From Meyerozyma guilliermondii (Eukaryota): a stretch of 64,000 bases of DNA. The stretch is taken from NCBI GenBank assembly GCA_051546255.1, contig CP128820.1:62001-126000 (forward strand). The letters run 5' to 3'. The notes beneath the pieces are model-generated. The model was not told the DNA's origin, did not search any database, and saw nothing but the letters and a program-made list of their open reading frames with translations. Shown piece after piece: positions 32,736 through 43,511 of this stretch; position 1 is the first letter of the stretch; every line of letters starts with the position of its first letter. The translations under genes and the position numbers were made by a program.

Positions 32736-33939
32736 ATGGCTTTTGCGAAGGGGGCGCTTACGGAAGAGCAAAGAAAGCGTATTGTAAGTTTCTTTTGCAG
32801 ATTAGTGTACCATGTATCGACAACTAACTCAGGAGGAAAATAGACAGCGAGCTTTGAATCGAATACAGCGAAAACAGCATGGAGATAATTCACTAGCGGC
32901 AAATGTATCTTTGAAAGAAGGACCAAAAGATGGTTCTGTGAAGCAAACAACCTCACTTTCACAGATTATAAGTGGAGCTGACCACAAGAGAGCTAGGGTG
33001 GAGTTGACTGGAGAGCAAAAGAAGAGAATTGAAGAAAATAGGCGGCGAGCTTTGGAGCTCAAGCTAGAAAGAGAGAGAAACAATCGAGACGCAACCTCTA
33101 ATTCAGAGAAAGCACACATTCCCGAGCATGCAAAGCAGGCTCTTAAGGACAATAAGACCAAAAATGGCCCTCAGGGCTTGAGACCGTCGATCAACCGGAA
33201 AGAGTATATTGAGTTTGATTTCGCGACAATGAAGGATTCTCGGGGTGGGTTTATTGAAGATGAAAGTGGCAGCGGTGGCAATGAAAGTGGTACAGACCTG
33301 AAAAATGAATCCAAAACTTTAGAGGAGTGGAAGGAACAGCAGAAAAAAAACCAGCATATAGTGAGAGACTTGGCCCCTCCAGTGGATATAGCCGCAGCAC
33401 CCAAATGTTTCGAGTGTGGATCGTTGGAGATCGATCCTAACTTGTACCTGAACTTTGGTCATGTGCGTGTGTGTAGACCTTGTGCCAAGGCCAAACCAGA
33501 GAAGTATGCCCTACTTACGAAGACAGAATGCAGGGAGGACTACTTACTCACCGATCCCGAGTTGCGAGATGTTGAATTGCTTCCACGGATTGAAAAGCCG
33601 AACCCCCATGGTTTCTCGCGGATGCAATTGTTCCTTCGTTTTCAAGTAGAGCAGTTTGCGTGGAAAAAATGGGGCCTGGCGGAGAAACTAGATGAAGAAT
33701 GGGAAAGACGAGAAAAGGCTCGCCTCGATCGTCGCGACAAAAAGTATAATGAAAAATTGAAGGAAATGAGAAAAAAAACCCGCGCGGAAGAATACACTAG
33801 AAAGCTCCGCAACGGTCAAAATCTAGGTGAGCGTCACTCTCACCAGTGGTCGCAAGCAATTGCCATGCCAGGGAACGCCAATATGGTCAAACGAAGGTGC
33901 ATAGATTGTGGGTTAGAAACAGAAGAGTTGGTGATTTAG
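32736..33939 (+). CDS. RAD14: XPA-family nucleotide excision repair protein, spliced: join(32736..32783, 32833..33939)
   Basis: C4 zinc finger (CFEC...CRPC), LLTKTECREDYLLTDPEL, KPNPH, MQLFLR; intron GTAAGT...AACTAACTCAG restores LTEEQRKRI|EENRQRAL. Confidence 0.93.
32784..32832 (+). other. Spliceosomal intron of RAD14 (49 nt)
   Basis: GTAAGT ... AACTAAC TCAG; phase-0 junction joins two open frames. Confidence 0.85.
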
Positions 33940-34114
33940 CTAATGAGAAATGAGAATTAAAGGATAGCGTAGACATCCGATCAAGAACGGACCAACATGT
34001 TTAGTTTCGCAGCTGGTGTTTTCGCGGCTACTGATTTTGCAGTCGATTCGCAGTCGATCAGTCAACAGTTTGGCCCGCGACTGCACACACGCCATCGTGT
34101 CTCACCCACGCGGT

Positions 34115-34134
34115 AGAACCCGGTGGAACCTTCG
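34115..34134 (+). promoter_or_regulatory. Gapped heat-shock element upstream of HSP90
   Basis: aGAAc-ccggt-gGAAc-cTTCg (nGAAn-N5-nGAAnnTTCn), about 30 bp before TATAAAA and about 80 bp before the ATG. Confidence 0.6.
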
Positions 34135-34212
34135 ACGCCTGCGGCTGCGTCGAATTTTGCAACATATAAAAAGATTCCTGTCCGTCCTCAACCTCGTTCC
34201 ACAGTTTCTAAT

Positions 34213-36318
34213 ATGTCTGACGCTAAGGTTGAAACCCACGAGTTCACAGCTGAGATCTCTCAGTTGATGTCTTTGATCATCAACACTGTGTACTCCAACA
34301 AAGAAATCTTCTTAAGAGAATTGATCTCCAATGCTTCTGATGCTTTGGACAAGATCAGATACGAGGCTTTATCCGACCCTTCTAAATTGGAGTCTGAGCC
34401 TGAATTGTTTATCAGACTCACTCCAAGACCCGAACAGAAGGTTTTGGAAATCAGAGATTCTGGTATTGGTATGACTAAGGCTGACTTGGTGAACAACTTG
34501 GGTACGATTGCTAAGTCTGGTACCAAGGCTTTCATGGAGGCATTGTCCGCTGGTGCCGATGTTTCCATGATTGGTCAATTTGGTGTCGGTTTCTACTCCT
34601 TGTTCTTGGTGGCTGACCATGTTCAAGTCATCTCCAAGCACAACGACGATGAGCAATACATCTGGGAATCTAATGCCGGTGGTAAATTTACTGTCACTTT
34701 GGATGAGGTCAACGAGAAAATCGGCCGTGGTACTGTCTTGAGATTGTTCTTGAAGGAGGACCAATTGGAGTACTTGGAGGAGAAGAGAATTAAGGAGGTT
34801 GTCAAGAGACACTCTGAGTTCGTTTCTTACCCAATTCAATTGGTTGTCACCAAGGAAGTTGAGAAGGAAGTCCCATCCGAAGAAGAAGAAAAGAAGGAAG
34901 AAGAGGGCGAAGACAAGAAGCCCAAGTTGGAGGAAGTTGACGATGAAGACAAGAAGAAGGAGACCAAGAAAATCACCGAAAAGGTTACCGAGACCGAAGA
35001 GTTGAACAAGACTAAGCCTTTGTGGACTCGTAACCCTTCAGATGTTACTCAAGACGAGTACAATGCTTTCTACAAGTCTATTTCCAACGACTGGGAAGAC
35101 CCATTGGCTGTCAAGCACTTTTCTGTTGAAGGTCAATTAGAATTCAGAGCTATCTTGTTCGTTCCAAAGAGAGCTCCATTCGATGCTTTCGAGTCTAAGA
35201 AGAAGAAGAACAACATCAAGTTGTACGTTCGTCGTGTTTTCATCACCGACGATGCTGAGGAATTGATCCCAGAATGGTTGAGTTTCGTCAAGGGTGTTGT
35301 CGACTCCGAGGACTTGCCATTGAACTTGTCCAGAGAAATGTTGCAACAAAACAAGATCTTGAAGGTCATCAGAAAGAACATCGTGAAGAAGTTGATCGAA
35401 ACTTTTAACGAGATTGCCGAAGACCAAGAACAATTTGACAAGTTCTACTCTGCGTTCTCCAAGAACATCAAGTTGGGTATCCACGAAGACCAACAAAACA
35501 GATCAGCCTTGGCTAAGTTGTTGAGATACAACTCCACCAAGTCTTCTGAAGAAACTACTTCTTTGTCCGATTACGTTACTCGTATGCCAGAGCACCAGAA
35601 GAACATCTACTACATTACTGGTGAGTCTATCAAGGCTGTTGAGAAGTCTCCATTCTTGGACGCTTTGAAGGCTAAGGGATTCGAAGTTTTGTTCTTGGTT
35701 GACCCAATTGATGAGTATGCCATGACCCAATTGAAGGAGTTCGAGGACAAGAAGTTGGTTGACATCACCAAGGACTTCGAATTGGAAGAATCTGAAGAAG
35801 AAAAGGCCGAGAGAGAAAAGGAAGTCAAGGAGTTTGAGCCATTGACCAAGGCTTTGAAGGACATTTTGGGTGACCAAGTTGAAAAGGTTGTTGTGTCCCA
35901 CAAGTTGGTTGATGCTCCTGCTGCTATCAGAACTGGCCAATTCGGCTGGTCCGCTAACATGGAGAGAATCATGAAGGCTCAAGCTTTGAGAGACACCACC
36001 ATGTCCTCTTACATGTCGTCCAAGAAGACCTTTGAAATTTCTCCAAAGTCTTCTATCATCAAGGAGTTGAAGAAGAAGGTTGACGCCGACGGAGCTGAAG
36101 ACAAGACCGTTAAGGACTTGACTACTTTGTTGTACGAAACTGCTTTGTTGACTTCTGGTTTCACTTTGGAAGAGCCATCGTCGTTTGCCGGTAGAATCAA
36201 CAGGTTGATCTCCTTGGGTTTGAACATCGACGAAGACGAAGAACCTGAGGCAGAAATCGGTACTTCCACCAGCACAACTGAGCCAGCAGCTGAGTCTGCT
36301 ATGGAGGAAGTTGATTAA
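34213..36318 (+). CDS. HSP90: Cytosolic Hsp90 chaperone
   Basis: [34 protein letters not shown]-terminal MEEVD; strong codon bias; ATG at 34213. Confidence 0.98.
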   Translation: MSDAKVETHEFTAEISQLMSLIINTVYSNKEIFLRELISNASDALDKIRYEALSDPSKLESEPELFIRLTPRPEQKVLEIRDSGIGMTKADLVNNLGTIAKSGTKAFMEALSAGADVSMIGQFGVGFYSLFLVADHVQVISKHNDDEQYIWESNAGGKFTVTLDEVNEKIGRGTVLRLFLKEDQLEYLEEKRIKEVVKRHSEFVSYPIQLVVTKEVEKEVPSEEEEKKEEEGEDKKPKLEEVDDEDKKKETKKITEKVTETEELNKTKPLWTRNPSDVTQDEYNAFYKSISNDWEDPLAVKHFSVEGQLEFRAILFVPKRAPFDAFESKKKKNNIKLYVRRVFITDDAEELIPEWLSFVKGVVDSEDLPLNLSREMLQQNKILKVIRKNIVKKLIETFNEIAEDQEQFDKFYSAFSKNIKLGIHEDQQNRSALAKLLRYNSTKSSEETTSLSDYVTRMPEHQKNIYYITGESIKAVEKSPFLDALKAKGFEVLFLVDPIDEYAMTQLKEFEDKKLVDITKDFELEESEEEKAEREKEVKEFEPLTKALKDILGDQVEKVVVSHKLVDAPAAIRTGQFGWSANMERIMKAQALRDTTMSSYMSSKKTFEISPKSSIIKELKKKVDADGAEDKTVKDLTTLLYETALLTSGFTLEEPSSFAGRINRLISLGLNIDEDEEPEAEIGTSTSTTEPAAESAMEEVD

Positions 36319-36492
36319 ACGTCTGTTATGAGAATTGGTAGATAAGATTCTTGTTCATATATATTAATAGTACACGAGGTGAAAGTGAGTTTTTTGTAGA
36401 AATTTTTCATTTGATCTCATCAATAAAGCACTATATATGCTTATGATAATTGACCATTTACATAGTTCATTCTAATGATATCTGACTCTCAA

Positions 36493-39411
36493 CTACTTCT
36501 TTGCTAATGAAATATCAAGCAATTCTTTGATATAGTCGAGAACTATCGACGCTTGTTCTCTCGTCAAAATATCCTTGTCTGTCGAACTGATATAATTGAG
36601 AATCTCCCACACTTTTGATTTGTATTCTGGGGGGAATGGGACTTTGTCCGTCAAAGAGGTTCCTTCTACCAAATCATTGATTAAGACAACAGCAGCTCTT
36701 CGCATTACTGAAGAATCGACATCGGTCTCAAGCTGCAAAATACCAATAGCACAGTCTAGTGCATTCTCGATTCTGTTCAAAATTCCCAACGGATTTGTCT
36801 TGCAACAAACTCCTAGCAACGACATGGCTGACATCCGGAGACGAGAGTCCACTGATTTTTCGTCACTTCTTCGTATTAAATGCAAAGTAGCATCAGCTAC
36901 CGTTTCTGCCAAAGAACCTGAGAATGCACTGCCCTTCCCTTGAATGTAGCGTAAGAGAACCTCGCCAACCTTCAACCTTTCATCCAAATCTGACCCTTCC
37001 AGGTTATCTTGATCAGGATAGGCATATACTCTAGTCAATATATTCACCACATCTTTCTCGTCCCAATGTATGAGACTCTCCAAACCTTTGATTGCGTTCA
37101 AGTATACGAAGGGATCGGAGTCCTTCAACTGATTCAAATGTAAATTCAACACAAACTCGAGTGTTATAACTTCACTCTTTTCTTCAACAAGTGATCGTAA
37201 AAGATACAACCCATGGGCTCGAACAGGTACCAATGGATCATTGAGACTTATGATAGCTTTCTTCAACGTTTGCTTTTGAGCCTCTTTTGCACTCGAGATT
37301 GGTTTATCACCTTCAAGCACTGTGTTGATTCTCTCAGAGAAGGAACCAATGGTAAGTTTCAACTGGTCATCTCTGACATTTTTTTGGACTTTTTTCAACA
37401 CCAGCACAAGCAGTCTCAACAAGTCTATGCATTGTTTGTCCAACGATAATGTAGACTCGGAAATAATTGCTGAAGTTAGTTCAAGAGCAACATTGATGGT
37501 ATGCGTAGACAGTTGGGTTTCAACTTCTTCGTCCTCATCATCAGAATCTCCTTCGTTGACAGTTTCGTTTAAAAGACTCGACTTAGTTTGCTCTGGTGTT
37601 GTTTCGGCAAGCAAAATATTGTATACAAGTTCAAGCATACCAAACGGCGTCCTTGCCAATTTTTCTTTAAATTTGTTACCAATGGATTCCAATAAGCGCA
37701 AGTCAACCAACACAAAAAATGGGTCTTCATCTCCATCAATTCGTTGTGAAGTATCCGTTTTCAACCACCGTTTGAGAATGGACAAAAACATGCTCTGAAT
37801 TAAGGATTCGTCTAGGTCTTCACAGAGCTCAACAAAAGCAGCACAGCTCTCATCTAATTCTCCAAGGAATGAATTGATTCGCTTATCAGACGAAACGCTT
37901 GACTCATCCAAGCCGTTTAGTTTTCTTTCAATTTGGGGTAGCTGATTGGGGCCCATAGCAAAGGCCCAAAATTCACCACCGTCAACAGTAAGGTTTTTAG
38001 CAATATCAGTGAGAAAGTTGGACGTCGAATCTGAGAGTAATAGAAAACCTCTCAAAATTGCCTTTATCACCGCTTCAGGTTGCAGGTTCCGACGTAGAAA
38101 CTTGAAGTATGACCATAACTGGATTAGAATTGGAGAGAATACAGCCATCATAAAGTCTTTTGGTAGACCATTTTTCGTTAGCGAAAGGAGGACATTGATG
38201 TTGTTGTTCAACAGAGTTTCAGAAACGATCACTTCTGAGTGAACATCATTTGTAGGATTGAAGCAAGACCAGAATTTCTTCAAGAAAAAGTCGTTCAGAA
38301 CTAATTGATTTTTGTGCCAAAGAAGCTCCATGAAATGACATATGCAGTTGGCCACAATTGGGCGATTAATGTTGACTAGCAAGTTGTACGCTTGTTCTCC
38401 GATGCTGTCGAAATAAGCACCTGTTGGAACTGACTTTGGTTTGGAGAGTACAACTCTCGCAACATGGTCAAATGCCTCTGTGCTGATATTCTCCTTATCG
38501 CGGAGGCCACAAACGAGCTCAATCAACGCTAATAGGCCATCTTTTCTCGGGGCGTTGTAGTGCAAAAGTTGCAATTGGGACATAATGAATTGCTTAAAGT
38601 AGGAAGGAGAAGGACTGGCTGCAAGTAGAGAATAAGTCTGCATGAGCTCATAAGTTTCAGGAATGGAAGCAACATGAATGTGCTGTTTTGAAAACTTTTG
38701 TCGCGTGGAGGTACCAAAGTAAGGTATAGTTGATAATGCCGCTGAAATAGTAAGAAAGTCCGAGTAGCCCGTGCCTTTGAGAAGCAAATCCTTCACGTCC
38801 AGATCCACCAGAAATAACTTTGAAAAGCCTTCATAAATCAATACCAAAAGCTTTTCATTCTGGGTGAAGCTTTCAGTATATGAGTCGCCTGGCTGTGGCT
38901 TAACTGGCGCTATCTTCAATGGCTTTTTGGAAGTGTGGAACAGTCGCAACTGGCGCTTTTCAATAGGAATACCGATTTTAAAAGGCGATAATGCAGAGTA
39001 TACGCCTTGAATAACAATGATATTGACCAATTTGCTGAATGTTTTGATATCATGCAATGATATTTTTATGAGAAGTTTGTCTTCATGTTGAACTTCTTCC
39101 GAGTAGGTTTGTACTTGTTGGAGATATGAAAGTAGATGCTCAATTACTTTATAGCGTTCTTCAAATCCTTGTGAAACTATGTCAAGCCGCTTACTCAAGG
39201 TATCAATGTCTAGTGACTCGAGGGGACCATCTACAATGGTTTCAAGCTTGATGAATAAATGATCTAGCTTTGTATTGCCTTTAAATTGAGGTTCATTTAA
39301 TCCTTTTTTAGTCTCTTCAGCAGTCCTTCGTATTGTTTTCTTTGGTTTCTCTTCGAAAGGATTGTTCTTGGGTCGTCTAGGGGCACCCAAGTCTTCTATC
39401 TTGGGTGGCAT
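36493..39411 (-). CDS. RTP1: RNA polymerase II assembly/import factor (Rtp1/TANGO6 family, HEAT repeats)
   Basis: LNDPLVPVRAHGLYLL, QLKDSDPFVYLNAIKGL, DERLKVGE, RMSAMSLLG, MRRAAVVLI; ATG at 39411 (MPPKIEDL). Confidence 0.85.
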   Translation of the reverse strand: MPPKIEDLGAPRRPKNNPFEEKPKKTIRRTAEETKKGLNEPQFKGNTKLDHLFIKLETIVDGPLESLDIDTLSKRLDIVSQGFEERYKVIEHLLSYLQQVQTYSEEVQHEDKLLIKISLHDIKTFSKLVNIIVIQGVYSALSPFKIGIPIEKRQLRLFHTSKKPLKIAPVKPQPGDSYTESFTQNEKLLVLIYEGFSKLFLVDLDVKDLLLKGTGYSDFLTISAALSTIPYFGTSTRQKFSKQHIHVASIPETYELMQTYSLLAASPSPSYFKQFIMSQLQLLHYNAPRKDGLLALIELVCGLRDKENISTEAFDHVARVVLSKPKSVPTGAYFDSIGEQAYNLLVNINRPIVANCICHFMELLWHKNQLVLNDFFLKKFWSCFNPTNDVHSEVIVSETLLNNNINVLLSLTKNGLPKDFMMAVFSPILIQLWSYFKFLRRNLQPEAVIKAILRGFLLLSDSTSNFLTDIAKNLTVDGGEFWAFAMGPNQLPQIERKLNGLDESSVSSDKRINSFLGELDESCAAFVELCEDLDESLIQSMFLSILKRWLKTDTSQRIDGDEDPFFVLVDLRLLESIGNKFKEKLARTPFGMLELVYNILLAETTPEQTKSSLLNETVNEGDSDDEDEEVETQLSTHTINVALELTSAIISESTLSLDKQCIDLLRLLVLVLKKVQKNVRDDQLKLTIGSFSERINTVLEGDKPISSAKEAQKQTLKKAIISLNDPLVPVRAHGLYLLRSLVEEKSEVITLEFVLNLHLNQLKDSDPFVYLNAIKGLESLIHWDEKDVVNILTRVYAYPDQDNLEGSDLDERLKVGEVLLRYIQGKGSAFSGSLAETVADATLHLIRRSDEKSVDSRLRMSAMSLLGVCCKTNPLGILNRIENALDCAIGILQLETDVDSSVMRRAAVVLINDLVEGTSLTDKVPFPPEYKSKVWEILNYISSTDKDILTREQASIVLDYIKELLDISLAKK

Positions 39412-39609
39412 TTTGGTTGTGGCGATTAGCAAGAAGACTATATGGTGCACTGTCTGCAGGCACACGCTATCAAATTTCTCGATGAGCATCGAATTAGATT
39501 CCACTGTGTACTAGTATTATACAGCCCAGAGCCACTTTTGAGACGTTTGAGACCCAGCAAGCCAGAAAACTGAACCTATAGGTGAAATTGATCAAACCAG
39601 ATTCAAAAA

Positions 39610-40242
39610 ATGACGACTGAATTGACACAGGAAGAGATGGATGCCGTCATCTACGACGCTCGTGAAGGTGATTTGCAAACATTGAAGGAAATATTTACAG
39701 AAATACTGCCCCAGCTATTGACAACAATCAAGGACGACATAACATTAAGCACCCCCGTACACATGGCTGCTGGAAATGGCCATTTCGAGGTTGTTAAATA
39801 CCTTTTGAGTATCCTTCCCAAAGAAGAAGCCAAGCAAATAGCATCAAAACCCAACGAAAGCGGCAATACTCCTTTGCATTGGGCTGCCTACAATGGCCAT
39901 TTGGACATTGTCAAGCTTCTTTGCGAAGAATACAACAGTGATGTCTTTGCAAAGAACGCCGTAGGCCACGATCCAATGTTCGAGGCAGAGAACAATAATC
40001 ACAGTGAAGTTGAAAATTGGCTTTTAAATAAGTATGCTCCCGAAAATGCGTTCAAGGTGGAGGAAAATGGCGAAGATACAAAGATTACTTATACTCCAGG
40101 AGATGTTAGCAGAGAGGCCGACGAGGCTGCAAAAAAGGCTCAAGAAGACCAAAGCAAAAATTCTCAAAAAAACGGTGGTAAAGAAGCTGGTAATGCCACT
40201 GACACTATTACCCAGCAGACGGAGAAACTCGACATCAACTAG
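39610..40242 (+). CDS. YAR1: Ankyrin-repeat Rps3 chaperone
   Basis: IYDAREGDL, TPVHMAAGNGH, GNTPLHWAAYNGH; lies next to SUI3 as in S. cerevisiae. Confidence 0.88.
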   Translation: MTTELTQEEMDAVIYDAREGDLQTLKEIFTEILPQLLTTIKDDITLSTPVHMAAGNGHFEVVKYLLSILPKEEAKQIASKPNESGNTPLHWAAYNGHLDIVKLLCEEYNSDVFAKNAVGHDPMFEAENNNHSEVENWLLNKYAPENAFKVEENGEDTKITYTPGDVSREADEAAKKAQEDQSKNSQKNGGKEAGNATDTITQQTEKLDIN

Positions 40243-40362
40243 ACTGTAAACTATCCATATAGACCCCCAATCATTATCTTTCCCATGTTCTTGTGTGTGC
40301 AGTCGTGTGTGGCAGAGACTGAAAATTTTATATTGAATGTGAGCAAAAATCAGATTGTAATC

Positions 40363-41190
40363 ATGAGTGACTTAGGATTTGATCCCACTTTAAAGAAGAA
40401 AAAGAAGGCCAAAAAGCCGGAAAGCGATGTCAGCGAGTCCCCAGCACCCGCAGGAGAAATCGACGACATGTTTGCAGGCTTGAAAAAGAAGAAAAAGTCG
40501 AAAAAGCCTGTTGACGATACCACCGAAGCGTCTGCTTCACCCGCCGCCGACGATTTGACCGATACATTTGGCGACCTCACGCTCAAAAAGAAGAAGAAGA
40601 AGTCAGTGAAGAGCCTGGATGCCGCCGACTTTGACCAGCAGTTAGAAGAAGCTGGTTTAGAAGACATCAGCCAAACCAACGACGACGACAACTCGGCTTC
40701 CACCGCAGGAGGTCCACCTTACGAGGACTTGTTGTCGAGATTCTTCGGTATTCTTAAGAAAAATAACCCCGAGCTCGCCGGAAATCGATCAGGACCCAAG
40801 TTCAGAATCCCACCACCAGTGTGTCAGAGAGAAGGTTCCAAGAAAACGCTTTTCGCCAATGTCCAAGAAATCGCCACCGTGTTGCAAAGAAACCCCGAGC
40901 ACTTGATACAGTTTTTGTTTGCGGAATTGGGTACCAGTGGATCTATCGATGGAGAAAAGAGATTGGTGTTGAAGGGTAAGTTTCAACCCAAGCAGATGGA
41001 GTCGGTGTTAAGACGTTACATTCTTGAGTATGTGACGTGTAAGACATGTAAGTCGATGAACACCGAATTGAAGAGAGAGTCCGCCAACAGATTGCATTTC
41101 TTGAGCTGTAAAGCATGTGGATCCACCAGATCGGTGTCGTCCATCAAGACCGGTTTCCAAGCGCAAATCGGAAAGAGAAAGAGAATGTAA
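40363..41190 (+). CDS. SUI3: Translation initiation factor eIF2 beta
   Basis: Three poly-Lys boxes, [13 protein letters not shown]...CKACGS zinc ribbon; ATG at 40363. Confidence 0.96.
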   Translation: MSDLGFDPTLKKKKKAKKPESDVSESPAPAGEIDDMFAGLKKKKKSKKPVDDTTEASASPAADDLTDTFGDLTLKKKKKKSVKSLDAADFDQQLEEAGLEDISQTNDDDNSASTAGGPPYEDLLSRFFGILKKNNPELAGNRSGPKFRIPPPVCQREGSKKTLFANVQEIATVLQRNPEHLIQFLFAELGTSGSIDGEKRLVLKGKFQPKQMESVLRRYILEYVTCKTCKSMNTELKRESANRLHFLSCKACGSTRSVSSIKTGFQAQIGKRKRM

Positions 41191-41266
41191 TGCCTTGTAT
41201 AATAATACATCAGTAACAGTAGAACTAGTGATGAAACAGTAGAATCTGGTGAAAATGGTTGTCATG

Positions 41267-41743
41267 CTAATTTTGTGATTCCACCAACTTCCTCAATGAC
41301 AAACACGCCGACCCCACGTTTTCGTTGGTGGTCATGTAGTCCACAATATACTGGTTGAGTACAGCAGCCTGCTCGTGTTGCAGCCGTCGTACGATTTCGT
41401 TGACAAACCTTTCATGTCCTCGTAAACTAGCTATGCGTTTACGACAGTTTTCCACATCTTTGTCCAGCAAACTGGAATTTTGATACAATTCTTCGAGCTT
41501 TTCAGAGTCCAAGACCTCACCCTCGGAACCTTGGCTCTTCATTAGGCTCCCAAGAGAGTCTGTACTACCTAATTTCAACCGCGTTTCGGCAGCTGTAGGT
41601 GCTGGAAGTTCAGTCGACGGAGACCGATCCATGCCTACCCTGCGACTCCTACTGGCTTTTCTTTTGCCCATTGGTGGCCGCGGGATCACGGCTGGACAGT
41701 CGTTCCATCCTTCCATGGGGACACCTTGCTGATAGACGGTCAT
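41267..41743 (-). CDS. Small uncharacterised protein with GWNDxP motif and helical C-terminus (possible SRA1/Sec31-C domain)
   Basis: Stand-alone 158-aa ORF between SUI3 and ENV7; EGWNDCP; C-terminal CRKRIASL...YMTTNENVGSACLSLRKLV. Confidence 0.6.
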   Translation of the reverse strand: MTVYQQGVPMEGWNDCPAVIPRPPMGKRKASRSRRVGMDRSPSTELPAPTAAETRLKLGSTDSLGSLMKSQGSEGEVLDSEKLEELYQNSSLLDKDVENCRKRIASLRGHERFVNEIVRRLQHEQAAVLNQYIVDYMTTNENVGSACLSLRKLVESQN

Positions 41744-41812
41744 TATGAGTTCAGTTTGCACATGGAACCGTGAAATTACACGATGTTTGTGCAGGACTGA
41801 AGATCAAGACGT

Positions 41813-42910
41813 TCAGAGTCTGGAGATGGAAAGGGCCGACTCGAGCAACTGGTCAACGGACGGACGGTTTTGGGGGTCTAGTTTGAGGCAGTCATCAATC
41901 AAGTTAATGAGTTCTGGTGAAAATTTGTGGTTGGTGGGAACTGAGTACTTGCCCTGGGTGATGGCTAGGTTGATATTTGCACCCTGTTCAATTTCAAGTT
42001 TTTCGAATGGAGAAAGACCAAAACAACAGCAGTACAAAAGGCACCCCAAGGACCAAATATCGGTCTTTTCTGTGATGTTTGCGCCGGTTGAAACGTCGAG
42101 TAATTCGGGTGCACGGTACGGAAGCGTGCAATGTTCCTGAGCAAAATCGGTTAAACTTAAAGCCTGCTGCCGAGTGGTAACCGTAACTCGAGCCTTGGAA
42201 CATGAGCCAAGGTCTACAAGAACAGGAAGACCCTCGGCGGATAACATGACATTGGCAGGTTTGATATCGTGATGAGCATATGGAACCAACTCGCGGAGTT
42301 CGGTACCACCGCTCAATCCTCCCAATTCTTCACCCTCTTCGGCGTCACTTCCCCCAGGAAGCAACTCGTCCTCCTCGGGGTTTTGCGACTCACCTTCAAC
42401 CATATTGGACGTTCTTGAGGTGCCGGTTCCAGAGTACTTGTGCATGATTTGAAGTCCACGACAAACACCAATGAAAATCCGAAGAACTTCTGGTTCCTCC
42501 ATAGATGTGTTGTTTAGCACCCGGTAGTTGATCTCGTCTTGCACAGATTTGTGGAAATATGGTAAAAGGATATAAATAGTATAGGAGCCATCAACATCAG
42601 GGATAATGGCATCGTCAATTGACTGGACAATATACGGTGTTTTTGAGTTGGCAAACCGGTGATAGTTGTTGATTTCTTTGATAGCGTTCTTGTATGTCTC
42701 GTCATTCGTTCCAAACGGACATCGGATTTTTTTTAAAGCATATAACGATGATGGGTTGCCCTTGAGCGATACCAAATAAACGTACGAAAAGCCTCCTTCC
42801 CCTAATAAACGGATGATTTTGTACCTGCTGTCATTGAGACTCACAAGCGGAGCCAGAAGGTCCGGAAAACACGGTAAACATTTGCTAAAAGCGCCAATGA
42901 TCACCTCCAT
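41813..42910 (-). CDS. ENV7: NAK-family (STK16-like) vacuolar Ser/Thr kinase
   Basis: N-terminal CLPC, GEGGFSYV, YALKKIRC, HHDIKPAN, DLGS, CTLPYRAPEL. Confidence 0.9.
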   Translation of the reverse strand: MEVIIGAFSKCLPCFPDLLAPLVSLNDSRYKIIRLLGEGGFSYVYLVSLKGNPSSLYALKKIRCPFGTNDETYKNAIKEINNYHRFANSKTPYIVQSIDDAIIPDVDGSYTIYILLPYFHKSVQDEINYRVLNNTSMEEPEVLRIFIGVCRGLQIMHKYSGTGTSRTSNMVEGESQNPEEDELLPGGSDAEEGEELGGLSGGTELRELVPYAHHDIKPANVMLSAEGLPVLVDLGSCSKARVTVTTRQQALSLTDFAQEHCTLPYRAPELLDVSTGANITEKTDIWSLGCLLYCCCFGLSPFEKLEIEQGANINLAITQGKYSVPTNHKFSPELINLIDDCLKLDPQNRPSVDQLLESALSISRL

Positions 42911-43044
42911 TTTATCTATTATCTCACTCGAGTTGCGGCCTAAATTCGCGGTGCCAAGTCTTTAGTGCGGGTGCATGGGTGTCCTTTTCAGTGTACCATC
43001 TCCACCTTTTTTAGTTTTCCACTTGTTTCTTTCTTTGCTTGCAA

Positions 43045-43431
43045 ATGAGCTCTCCACGAAAGACTTCCGAGCGGCCACCAGAAACAATACCAAAAAAGGG
43101 TTCGGCATCACCCACAGAAACTTCTCCAGAGCCCATGGAAATAGACGAGACAGAACCCATAATGCCCCTAGAATCGCTCCAGCGAACCGAACTTCTCTCG
43201 CAGCTCTTCACGCTTCTTCTCGATGTCAAAACGGGAAAGTCTCTGGTTCGAGACTTCGAAAGTAACGCCGGGAGTTTGCGTTTGGCGCTCTCCAATATCC
43301 GCAAATTGCTCCAGAAAGTAGACGGAATCACCGAGACTGTCGAACAAAGACAGGCTCAGATCGAAGTGTTGCAACAGAACAACGAAGCCAAACGCCGAAT
43401 CATCCAGCAATTGCTGTCATTGGCAGAATAA
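43045..43431 (+). CDS. MED9: Mediator middle-module subunit Med9 (Cse2)
   Basis: ELLSQLFTLL...DFESNAGSLRLALSNIRKLLQKVDGITETVEQRQAQIEVL pattern typical of fungal Med9. Confidence 0.7.
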   Translation: MSSPRKTSERPPETIPKKGSASPTETSPEPMEIDETEPIMPLESLQRTELLSQLFTLLLDVKTGKSLVRDFESNAGSLRLALSNIRKLLQKVDGITETVEQRQAQIEVLQQNNEAKRRIIQQLLSLAE

Positions 43432-43511
43432 ATCATTGCAAAATGCATAGCCCATTGTATCACGTGACTCTGCCGATTCTTCAACTTTTCAAATCAACGT
43501 CAATTACCCAT

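Noticed and set aside
34260..36275. Numerous long antisense ORFs over HSP90 (and over SLC1, APL5, CMD1, PFK2 and the metallopeptidase)
   Set aside because: Expected shadows of biased codon usage in real genes; no recognisable domains.
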